Below, in pieces: positions 56,764-64,000 of a stretch of 64,000 bases of DNA. Position numbers and translations under genes: made by a program. How positions within the stretch are numbered: position 1 is the first letter of the stretch; every line of letters begins with the position of its first letter. Under the pieces are notes generated by a model. It had not been told where the DNA came from. It searched no databases and saw only the letters and a program-made list of their open reading frames with translations. Source of the stretch: a bacterium (GTDB lineage Bacteria; SZUA-79; Acidulodesulfobacterales; Acidulodesulfobacteraceae); contig JAKAOK010000004.1 in NCBI GenBank assembly GCA_021812245.1, forward strand, positions 18,223-82,222, written 5' to 3'.

Positions 56764-56952
56764 CCCAAATCCCGATTTAGAAATTTTTATATATGAATTG
56801 CCTGAATTACTTAATAACGTCATTGCGGGCGCACTATTTCGTCATTGCGAGCGCAGCGAAACAATCTAAATATAATAACGGGATTGTTTCGCTGCGCTCG
56901 CAATGACGGGATATTGGAATTTATTAAAATATTTTCTAAATCGGGATTTGGG
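56764..56952. mobile_element. MITE-like element (189 bp), longest copy with complete nested palindrome
   Basis: Ends CCCAAATCCCGATTTAGAAAT ... TTCTAAATCGGGATTTGGG, flanking (A/G)TATG. Interior carries a 27-bp-stem hairpin at 56840-56908 plus a partial extra unit at 56819-56834. Confidence 0.7.
56840..56908. repeat. 27-bp-stem palindrome of the CATTGCGAGCGCAGCGAA-CAATC family
   Basis: CGTCATTGCGAGCGCAGCGAAACAATC / 15-nt loop / GATTGTTTCGCTGCGCTCGCAATGACG, read directly. Confidence 0.85.
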
Positions 56953-56963
56953 GTATGTTTTAT

Positions 56964-59630
56964 TTAAATCTCATTTATAACCGCCTGCTTGATTTTTCTT
57001 ATATAAAGCGGATTCCTAATCTTGCCCCCATGGTCATTTTTTACGTAAAACGTGTCAAATGCCTTATTCCCCTGAGTCGTTATCTTCGATGCAAATATAT
57101 TTATGTCAAAAACGTTAAAAATTCTTCCTATGTCGTATAAAAGCCCTTTTCTATCCAGAGCCTGAATTTCTATTACCGTAAACTCGCCGCTTATATTATT
57201 ATAAATTTCCACCGAATTTGAAACGCGGGGTCCGCTCTTTTTATATAAACTTTCGCTCTTTCTCTTATTTTTGAGCATATCTTCGAGCGATATATTTCCG
57301 TTAAACACATTAAAAAAGGTATTCCGCAGTTTATGCCAGTCGATATCCCCGTCAACTTTTTTATATATATGATTTACGAAAAAGGTATCGATAAACCTTC
57401 CGTCTTTTCTTGTATTAATATCTGCGCTCATTATATTAAAGTCAAAATAAGAAAGCGTCCCCGTTATATCGGAAAACATAGTCTTTTTATCCTCGCCGCA
57501 GATAATTATCTCGTAATAATCTTCGCCTATATGCGGTTTCGCTAGGAAATTAAACCTGTGTCCCGGCGTAATTTTTGAAAATAATTTTAAATGCAAAAGA
57601 ATGTTTTCGGAGCTTTCTCTTGTTAAATATTTACCGGGGGAATAAAATTGATTTACGAAACCCGTTATAAATCCATTTAGGTCTTTAATACCTTTAAGAA
57701 AATTATAGCCTCTTTTGCCTTTTAAATTTTTTGCGGTTTCGCTTACATTCTCAATATAGTACATGTCGCTTTTAAAATACTCTCCGGTATTCTTTAAATA
57801 CGATAAAGTCCTGTCGAAAAGCTCAGTCAGAAGCATTTTTCGCCACGAATTAAATCTTGTCTTTGAAACCGCCATAGAATCGCAGATACTGACGATAAAA
57901 AGCAGTTTTAATCTCCTTGCGTCCTTAACCATGCCCGCAACGGATTTAATAGTCGCCGGGTCGTGAATATCCCTTCTTTCGGACGTAAGCGGAAGAAGAA
58001 AATGGTTTAATATCAAAAATCCTATGCAGTCTTGGACGCTCTCGCTTAAACCTAGCCTTTTTGCAACCTTTACGGCTATTCTGGACCCTATAGCTTCATG
58101 ATGTGCAGAATACCCTTTACCGATATCGTGAAGCAAAAGCGAAAAATTTAAAATAAGCATATCTTCGGCGCTTAAATCTTCAAATGTTTCCCTAAGGTCT
58201 CCGTTGATTTTAAAATTAGCCGTATTATCCAAATAATAGACGCCGTTAAGCGAATGCGCATCGACCGTATAGATATGATAAACGTCGTTGGTGGACAGAG
58301 AATCTATTTTTTCGAATTCGGGGATTAACGCGCTTAATATTTTTGTTTCATGCATTAACAGCAAAGTCTGATAAACTCTTTTTTTGTTTTTTAGAAGGTT
58401 TATAAAAAAATCCTTTGCAAAATCGCTGTTCTTAATGTTTTTTCTGTATTTTTCTCCGCTTATTTTTAAAAGGTTGACGGATTCCGCGCTAAGCTTGTAA
58501 CCGGCAGATTGATATATATTAAGCAGATTAAATATATTTTTAGCGTCGGATAAAAAAAGCTCTTTGTTCCGCACGGCAATAAAGCCGTTTTCTAAATATA
58601 GGTTGTTTTCTATAATAATACCGGTTTTTTCGTTTTCTTTATGCCTGCTTATAAGCATCCTCGGTTTTATGAGAAGGTTTATGACCAGCTTAGATATATT
58701 ATGTATATTTTTAGCGTTTAAATAATAGTCGTGCATAAAATATTCTATCTTGTCTAAAAACTTTCCGTCCTTGTAGTAAAAAGCTTTAGCGACATTTTCC
58801 TGAATATCGAAAGTAAGCTTATCGACCTTTTTTTGCGCAAGCAGATGCATCATTATTCTTGTCCTTAAGATGAATTTTTTTCCGTCGTAAAGATTGGCGA
58901 TATCTTCTTTACTCAAAGAGCTGTCCATTTTTTTAACCCCTAATGTTTCCATTATCCTTGTTTCGGTTTCGGCGGAAGGAAACGGCAGGGATTCCCCCGT
59001 TGCTAAATAATATACCCACTCGCAATAAGAATAATCTCTTAAACCGCCTATGCCTTCCTTAACGTCCGGTTCTAGAAGAAATATGTCGTTATCCGACATA
59101 ACGTTAATCAGCCGTCTTCTTCTTAAGTTCTTCATAAGTTCTACCAAAAAAACCGATTTTGTGTCTATTTTTTTAAAACCGTTCTTGAACCCGTCGTATA
59201 AATCTTTATTTCCGGCGATATATCTTGTATTTATAAAAGAAGTGTACGTATTTAAGTCTTTTTTCATCAACTCGGCGGCTTCCGGAATAGTCATTACGCT
59301 CTGGGCGAGATCCACCCCCGCATCCCAAAATAAATAAAAAAAGTCCTTAAGGTCTTTCGCGACATTTTCCTGATTCAGCCCTTCTTTTATAATTATCATT
59401 ATATCGATATCCGAATAAGGACATAGTTCGAGATTAGAATAACTGCCGCCCGCAGTTATGCAAAAATCGCCTCTGCCTCCGATGCCGGAGAATGCTTCTA
59501 TGATTACGGAATCATAAAATTTGGATATTTCCCCTGCCGCGTGAAAAGAATCGTAGTTCAGAAGGTCGTCTTTTAAATTTTTGTATTTTAATTTAATTCT
59601 TTCTTTTAAATCTTTAGGCGTCAACGTCAA
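56964..59630 (-). CDS. glnD: [protein-PII] uridylyltransferase / uridylyl-removing enzyme
   Basis: 888 aa. Nucleotidyltransferase motif GGSYSNLELCPYSDIDIMII, HD domain (LLLHDIGKG), two C-terminal ACT-like regions. Confidence 0.85.
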   Translation of the reverse strand: MTLTPKDLKERIKLKYKNLKDDLLNYDSFHAAGEISKFYDSVIIEAFSGIGGRGDFCITAGGSYSNLELCPYSDIDIMIIIKEGLNQENVAKDLKDFFYLFWDAGVDLAQSVMTIPEAAELMKKDLNTYTSFINTRYIAGNKDLYDGFKNGFKKIDTKSVFLVELMKNLRRRRLINVMSDNDIFLLEPDVKEGIGGLRDYSYCEWVYYLATGESLPFPSAETETRIMETLGVKKMDSSLSKEDIANLYDGKKFILRTRIMMHLLAQKKVDKLTFDIQENVAKAFYYKDGKFLDKIEYFMHDYYLNAKNIHNISKLVINLLIKPRMLISRHKENEKTGIIIENNLYLENGFIAVRNKELFLSDAKNIFNLLNIYQSAGYKLSAESVNLLKISGEKYRKNIKNSDFAKDFFINLLKNKKRVYQTLLLMHETKILSALIPEFEKIDSLSTNDVYHIYTVDAHSLNGVYYLDNTANFKINGDLRETFEDLSAEDMLILNFSLLLHDIGKGYSAHHEAIGSRIAVKVAKRLGLSESVQDCIGFLILNHFLLPLTSERRDIHDPATIKSVAGMVKDARRLKLLFIVSICDSMAVSKTRFNSWRKMLLTELFDRTLSYLKNTGEYFKSDMYYIENVSETAKNLKGKRGYNFLKGIKDLNGFITGFVNQFYSPGKYLTRESSENILLHLKLFSKITPGHRFNFLAKPHIGEDYYEIIICGEDKKTMFSDITGTLSYFDFNIMSADINTRKDGRFIDTFFVNHIYKKVDGDIDWHKLRNTFFNVFNGNISLEDMLKNKRKSESLYKKSGPRVSNSVEIYNNISGEFTVIEIQALDRKGLLYDIGRIFNVFDINIFASKITTQGNKAFDTFYVKNDHGGKIRNPLYIRKIKQAVINEI

Positions 59631-59666
59631 AGTTTTCTCCGCGCATTTCGTTCGTATTATTTGCTT

Positions 59667-60668
59667 TTATTTATTCTCATTGTTTCCGATGATTCCGCCG
59701 CTTGAGGCATTCCTCGGATGGAACTTCGTATGCTGTTCTTTTAAATGCGATATATCCGTATGGGTGTAAATTTCCGTAGTCGATATGCTGGAATGTCCAA
59801 GCATCTGCTGGATAGACCTTAAATCGGCGCCGCCTTCCAATAAATGCGTGGCAAAAGTGTGCCTCAGCATATGGGGAGTAATATTTTTATCCACTTTAGC
59901 AAGAACGGCCGCTTTTTTAATTATCTTCCATAAACCCTGCCTTGTAAGCGGATGTCCTTTTTCGGCGATAAATAAATGACCGCCGCCTTGTTTAGCATAT
60001 TTTTGCCTGAGCGGCAGATAAGCTTTCAGAATTTCTTTAAAAGGCGTTCCGAACGGGACTATTCTTTCTTTCGAACCTTTTCCTCTGACCCTGATAAAAT
60101 TCATATCGAAGTTAAAATTATCGAGTTTTATATCCGCAAGTTCCGAAATTCTTAGACCGCTGGAATACAGAAGCTCTATTACGGCTTTATTCCTGATATT
60201 TTCAAAATACTGCCTCTGCTTCTGTTTTTTTCTGGCGCCTTCGTTTTTAAATTCCACGGATAAGATTCTGCCGACCTCTTCTTTCGTAAGAAAATTAGGC
60301 AGTTTCTTCGATATAAACGGATACTCTATATCTTTAAACGGAAATTCGGCTATTATTCCGCGTTTAAGTAAAAATTTGTAAAATCCTTTTATCGACGAAT
60401 AGAATCTTGCCCTTGTTTTGCCGTTTAAATTAAGTTCGGCGAGATAAGATAAAAAATTCTGGAAAAAAAGCGGAGAAAGCATTTTAAAGTCAATTTTCTC
60501 GCGTTTGGCATAAGCATGAAATTTCGTTAAATCAAGATAATACGACGAAATAGTATTAAGGCTTAAACCCCTTTCTATTTTCAAAAAAGAAATATACTCG
60601 CCTATAAATCCTTCAAGCTCGTCTTTGACAATCCTTTCCGGTTTATCGCCGCAGTTTTCCGCTTTCAT
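59667..60668 (-). CDS. xerD: tyrosine site-specific recombinase XerD/XerC type
   Basis: SAM-like N-domain. Catalytic residues in the ARG...HMLRHTFATHLL...LGHSSISTTEIYTH context. Confidence 0.8.
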   Translation of the reverse strand: MKAENCGDKPERIVKDELEGFIGEYISFLKIERGLSLNTISSYYLDLTKFHAYAKREKIDFKMLSPLFFQNFLSYLAELNLNGKTRARFYSSIKGFYKFLLKRGIIAEFPFKDIEYPFISKKLPNFLTKEEVGRILSVEFKNEGARKKQKQRQYFENIRNKAVIELLYSSGLRISELADIKLDNFNFDMNFIRVRGKGSKERIVPFGTPFKEILKAYLPLRQKYAKQGGGHLFIAEKGHPLTRQGLWKIIKKAAVLAKVDKNITPHMLRHTFATHLLEGGADLRSIQQMLGHSSISTTEIYTHTDISHLKEQHTKFHPRNASSGGIIGNNENK

Positions 60669-60691
60669 TTTCTTTCATTTTATTATTAGAT

Positions 60692-60789
60692 GTAATTGCG
60701 AGCGTTAGAGATTGCTTCGCTGCGCTGGACTTTGTCCGCTTCGCTCGCAATGACACTATGCCGTCATTGCGAGCGTTAGCGAAGCAATC
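60692..60789. repeat. cluster of 3-4 degenerate units of the CATTGCGAGCG..GCGAAGCAATC repeat, without IS-type ends
   Basis: GTAATTGCGAGCGTTAG / AGATTGCTTCGCTGCGCTGG / GCTTCGCTCGCAATGAC / GTCATTGCGAGCGTTAGCGAAGCAATC, in alternating orientations. Confidence 0.75.
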
Positions 60790-60801
60790 TCAAACTCATA
60801 A

Positions 60802-61914
60802 TTAGGTTATTATTTTTAAAAAATCGTATATTTCTCCGAAATCAAGTTTTCTAAATTCGTATCTTCCTATATCCTTTACTAAAACAAATTTAATCTGCTT
60901 TTCGCTCACTTTTTTATCGAGTTTCATTGCATTTATATATTGTTCCGGGGTAAAGTCGGGGATATCGGCAGGCAGACCCGAATTCCTTATTAAATTTTCA
61001 ATTCTTTTTATCGTTTCTTCGCTGCATAACCCTATTTTCTTTGAAAGCGCCGCAGCGAAAACCATTCCTATCGCAATCGCTTCTCCGTGTTTTATGCTTT
61101 CATAATTATATAAAGTTTCGATAGCATGCCCAAGACTGTGTCCGAAATTAAGCACCGAACGAAGTCCGGCCTCTTTTTCGTCTTCCTTTACCACCTCAGC
61201 CTTGATACTGCACGACCTTTGTATGATATGCGTCAAAACGTCTTTGTCGTAAGAAAGAACTTTTTCGTAACCGTCTTCGAGATAAGCAAAAAATCCGGCG
61301 TCAAGTATAGCCCCGTATTTAATAACCTCCGCAAACCCGTTTATCAATTCCCTTTTATCCAAACTTTTAAGCAGGTCCGTATCTATCAAAACGGCTTTGG
61401 GCTGGTAAAAAGCGCCTATAAGGTTTTTGCCTTTCGGATGGTCTATGCCCGTTTTGCCTCCGACGCTCGAATCGACGTCGGCAAGCAGGGTAGTAGGTAT
61501 CTGTATGAAGTTTATGCCACGCAGATAAGTCGCCGCCGCAAATCCTGCAATATCCCCTATGACCCCTCCGCCGAAAGCTATAATAAAATCCGACCTTTCA
61601 AACCTGTTTTCCACAAGCCTGTCGTGAATATCGGAAAGATATTTAAGGCTTTTCGTAGATTCGCCGTCCGGAAGAGACATAAAAGCAAAGTTGTCCGTGC
61701 CGTAATTTTCAAGGAAAGAAGAGACGGCGTTTCCGTATAAACCCTCTACGGTTTTGGAAGTTATAACTAAAGCTCTGCTCTTTAAATTTAAGCCGGAGGA
61801 ACTTAAAACGGCGGCTGTTTCTTTATTGTACCCCCCGCTTATGATGCCGGAATCTATTAATATATCATAACCGTTATCTTTAGCGGTCAAGTTTATATCC
61901 ACCCTTATTTTCAT
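60802..61914 (-). CDS. aroB: 3-dehydroquinate synthase
   Basis: GGGVIGDIAGFAAATYLRGI NAD motif and metal-binding His residues (LNFGHSLGHAIE). Confidence 0.9.
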   Translation of the reverse strand: MKIRVDINLTAKDNGYDILIDSGIISGGYNKETAAVLSSSGLNLKSRALVITSKTVEGLYGNAVSSFLENYGTDNFAFMSLPDGESTKSLKYLSDIHDRLVENRFERSDFIIAFGGGVIGDIAGFAAATYLRGINFIQIPTTLLADVDSSVGGKTGIDHPKGKNLIGAFYQPKAVLIDTDLLKSLDKRELINGFAEVIKYGAILDAGFFAYLEDGYEKVLSYDKDVLTHIIQRSCSIKAEVVKEDEKEAGLRSVLNFGHSLGHAIETLYNYESIKHGEAIAIGMVFAAALSKKIGLCSEETIKRIENLIRNSGLPADIPDFTPEQYINAMKLDKKVSEKQIKFVLVKDIGRYEFRKLDFGEIYDFLKIIT

Positions 61915-61934
61915 ATTACTCCCTTTTTATACTT

Positions 61935-63176
61935 TTATACTTTTATACTTTTTTTATTATCCATCCTGCCGTATGCATAAACTCCGGCAGTTAAAATAAC
62001 GTTTGTAATTATAATCACGAGAAATGCGTATTCAGGGAAATCCTTAGTGCCGGGTATTCCGGCGTTTAACGGCATATAAGCCATTATAGCCGTGGCCAAT
62101 GCCCTTCCTATCATAGACCACAAGAAAAATTTTTCTTTTTTAGGCAGTTTCTCTTCCTCCTTTTTTTTGAAATTTTCCATAAAAAATACAACCGACACGC
62201 TTAAATATCTGCCGGCTATCAGCATAACGATTACGATAAAAAGCCTGTCTATGAATCCCCAGCCGATATGGGACAATTCTACTACGACTCCCAAAAAGAC
62301 GAAAAATAACGTCCGTATTAAAAACGAAAATTCAAAATTAAACTGTTTTATAAAAGATTCCTTTATGCTCATCTTGAAGAAATTAAGTTTAAGCCTGTTC
62401 AATAATTCTTCGTTTCCCATTATTATGCCGAAAACCAGTATCGCGATAGCGCCGTTTCCGTTAATTAAATGAATCAATAAATAAAGTATTAACATCCCTC
62501 CGAAAGTAATAGAATAAGCAAATTTTGTTTTGGATATAAACTTTAACAGTATAAACCACGTTACTCCGAACAAAACCGCAACGGCGGCGGATATTCCAAA
62601 AGAATAAAGCAGACCCGCCGATTTGGATAAATAATTTATATGAACGGACGAGTTTTTAGCAAAATTAATTAAAATTATTAAAACGACTATGGCGAGCGCA
62701 TCGTTGAACGTGGATTCCATGGCTATTACGGTCTTATTTTTATCGCTTGCATCGATATTAGGCAAAAGAGGCATAATAACGGTAGAACTCGAACATGATA
62801 CTATCGTTCCGAGCATAAGGGACTGTATCAGACCCCCTCCGCCCATTATATAGAAAAATCCTCCCGCTAAAATTATGGAAAGCGCTAATCCTACGGAAAG
62901 TAAAACCATGGAGTATGCCGAACTCTTGAAAACCGTTATAAAATTAAGCTCTAGCCCTCCAGAAAACATAATGAGAATTAAAACCAGCGTGCTCAGATAA
63001 GGCGCAAAATTAATAAACAACTGCTGGTTAAAAATGTGGTAAACAGGTCCCAGTATGAGACCGGCAATCATTAACAGCAGGATAGAGGGAAATTTAGTGT
63101 ATGAAAAGAATATCTCTCCTAGAAAACCCAGAAGTATGACTATCCCGATTATCCCTATGGCTATTGAAGGACTCAT
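61935..63176 (-). CDS. cation:proton antiporter (Na+/H+ exchanger family)
   Basis: 413 aa polytopic membrane protein with a typical CPA N-terminus (ILLGFLGEIFFSYTKFPSILLLMIAGLILGP). Confidence 0.7.
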   Translation of the reverse strand: MSPSIAIGIIGIVILLGFLGEIFFSYTKFPSILLLMIAGLILGPVYHIFNQQLFINFAPYLSTLVLILIMFSGGLELNFITVFKSSAYSMVLLSVGLALSIILAGGFFYIMGGGGLIQSLMLGTIVSCSSSTVIMPLLPNIDASDKNKTVIAMESTFNDALAIVVLIILINFAKNSSVHINYLSKSAGLLYSFGISAAVAVLFGVTWFILLKFISKTKFAYSITFGGMLILYLLIHLINGNGAIAILVFGIIMGNEELLNRLKLNFFKMSIKESFIKQFNFEFSFLIRTLFFVFLGVVVELSHIGWGFIDRLFIVIVMLIAGRYLSVSVVFFMENFKKKEEEKLPKKEKFFLWSMIGRALATAIMAYMPLNAGIPGTKDFPEYAFLVIIITNVILTAGVYAYGRMDNKKSIKV

Positions 63177-64000
63177 ATACTATTTTTATAGCCTTTTTTA
63201 ATAAAAATGTCAAAGGATATTGCCTGAATAGTTAAAGAAAACAGGACCGCTATAAAAACATAAGTAATTATTTCATTCCTTAAATGCAGATTTAAGGGCA
63301 GGGATAAAGCCATGGCTATCGGCAAAGCGCCTTTCAAGCCACCGAATACAAGGAATCTTTTATATTGTTTATTTATGGTCAGACCGTCCGAAAATATTTT
63401 AAACCTGCTTTTTGCAATATTAACGAGAGGCGAAATAAGATATACCCCTATGAAACGCGAAAAAAGAGAAAGGGCTATTATAAACAACGATATAACCCAT
63501 ATATCTAAAATTTTAAACAAATTTATCTCTATTCCTATTATTAAAAATAAAATAGAATTTACTATAAAAGTTAAATATTCGACGACGATTGGGAAAACTT
63601 CCAGCGTCCGGTTTGAAACTTTCTTCTTAAATCCATAGTTCGCAAGAACTATGCCGCTGAAAATAACCGCCATAATAAAAGACATATGAAGATAATACGC
63701 CGTTATTAAAGATGCGTAAGCAAGAAGGAGGGAAATCATTATTTCCGTCAAAAAATCGGTTGCAAGCGATAATAGGAGCGATACGGAATATCCGAGGACG
63801 ATGCCGAGTATGGAACCGCCTATGGATTCATATAAAAATTCAAACGTAGAGGTTTTTATTATGCCAAGAATGTAATAAAACATATTATATGAGTAGTTTA
63901 AATCTAAGCCGCCGCCGTTTAAAAAAAATGAATCTGCCGTATGCGCCGCCCCATGCAGATTCAAACCCAAAAAAACCTCGAAAAGGACAAGGCTTATTCC
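63173..64000 (-). CDS. second cation:proton antiporter, C-terminal part (gene continues past the right edge)
   Basis: The frame stays open upstream of the track's start to base 64000 (...GISLVLFEVFLGLNL...). Polytopic. Overlaps the downstream antiporter gene by 4 nt. Confidence 0.6.
   Translation of the reverse strand, partial: GISLVLFEVFLGLNLHGAAHTADSFFLNGGGLDLNYSYNMFYYILGIIKTSTFEFLYESIGGSILGIVLGYSVSLLLSLATDFLTEIMISLLLAYASLITAYYLHMSFIMAVIFSGIVLANYGFKKKVSNRTLEVFPIVVEYLTFIVNSILFLIIGIEINLFKILDIWVISLFIIALSLFSRFIGVYLISPLVNIAKSRFKIFSDGLTINKQYKRFLVFGGLKGALPIAMALSLPLNLHLRNEIITYVFIAVLFSLTIQAISFDIFIKKGYKNSI

Noticed and set aside
1840-56952. The recurring CCCAAATCCCGATTTAGAAA repeats as a CRISPR array
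   Set aside because: The copies are kilobases apart, occur as inverted pairs bounding about 100-190 bp units with target duplications, and match the IS termini. There are no regularly spaced direct repeats and no cas genes.
61126-61740. 204-aa plus-strand ORF, and similar long antisense ORFs at 21197..21685, 41546..41986, 42924..43358, 48648..49058 and 62092..62472
   Set aside because: All lie antisense to, or out of frame within, genes with clear family motifs (aroB, transposase, cobD-like, uvrC, phosphoesterase, antiporter). All have biased low-complexity translations.
1-64000. Genome-wide reassignment of TGA (genetic code 4 or 25) as an explanation for the split oxidoreductase
   Set aside because: Well-defined genes in the window terminate at TGA at their expected ends, for example the SDR at 2921-2923 and the USP at 39671-39673. 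Long ORFs are also not systematically broken at TGA.

Overview
AT-rich chromosomal segment from a diderm bacterium (TolC/RND efflux, beta-barrel OMP). It carries mostly housekeeping and metabolic genes, mainly on the minus strand, interrupted by mobile DNA. Left to right: a Cys-rich/small-protein/TSUP-permease cluster; SDR + GH15 glycoside hydrolase + aquaporin; a CusCBA-type heavy-metal RND efflux operon led by a Met/His-rich c-type cytochrome; a trehalose module (otsA, otsB, GT4 TreT-like glycosyltransferase, MscS channel, conserved hypothetical); an intact IS1380-family IS; an OmpR/histidine-kinase pair with a CpxP/Spy-like protein; tRNA-Pro; rpe, htpX, scpB; an ODP-like di-iron MBL protein next to a short soluble MCP; FAD protein and USPs; a small ferritin-like protein; an unannotated SRP RNA; iorA-iorB-paaK; DUF116-fmt-def; a protein disulfide oxidoreductase; PLC-like and CobD-like genes; uvrC-uvrB; a second IS1380 copy that needs a -1 shift on an A8 run; a decayed integrative island at tRNA-Gly; lipoate-ligase/gcvH, accC-accB-efp-pepP, glnD, xerD, aroB and two CPA antiporters. 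Two things stand out. First, the two-thioredoxin-fold protein disulfide oxidoreductase has an in-frame TGA exactly at the first Cys of its second CxxC site. It is a probable UxxC selenoprotein that the ORF track cuts in two, and a GC-only hairpin lies 9 nt downstream of the TGA. Second, the 19-bp terminal inverted repeat of the intact IS1380 also bounds six short MITE-like elements across the window, several of which carry a nested GC-rich palindromic module. No CRISPR array, rRNA or recognisable defence genes were seen.
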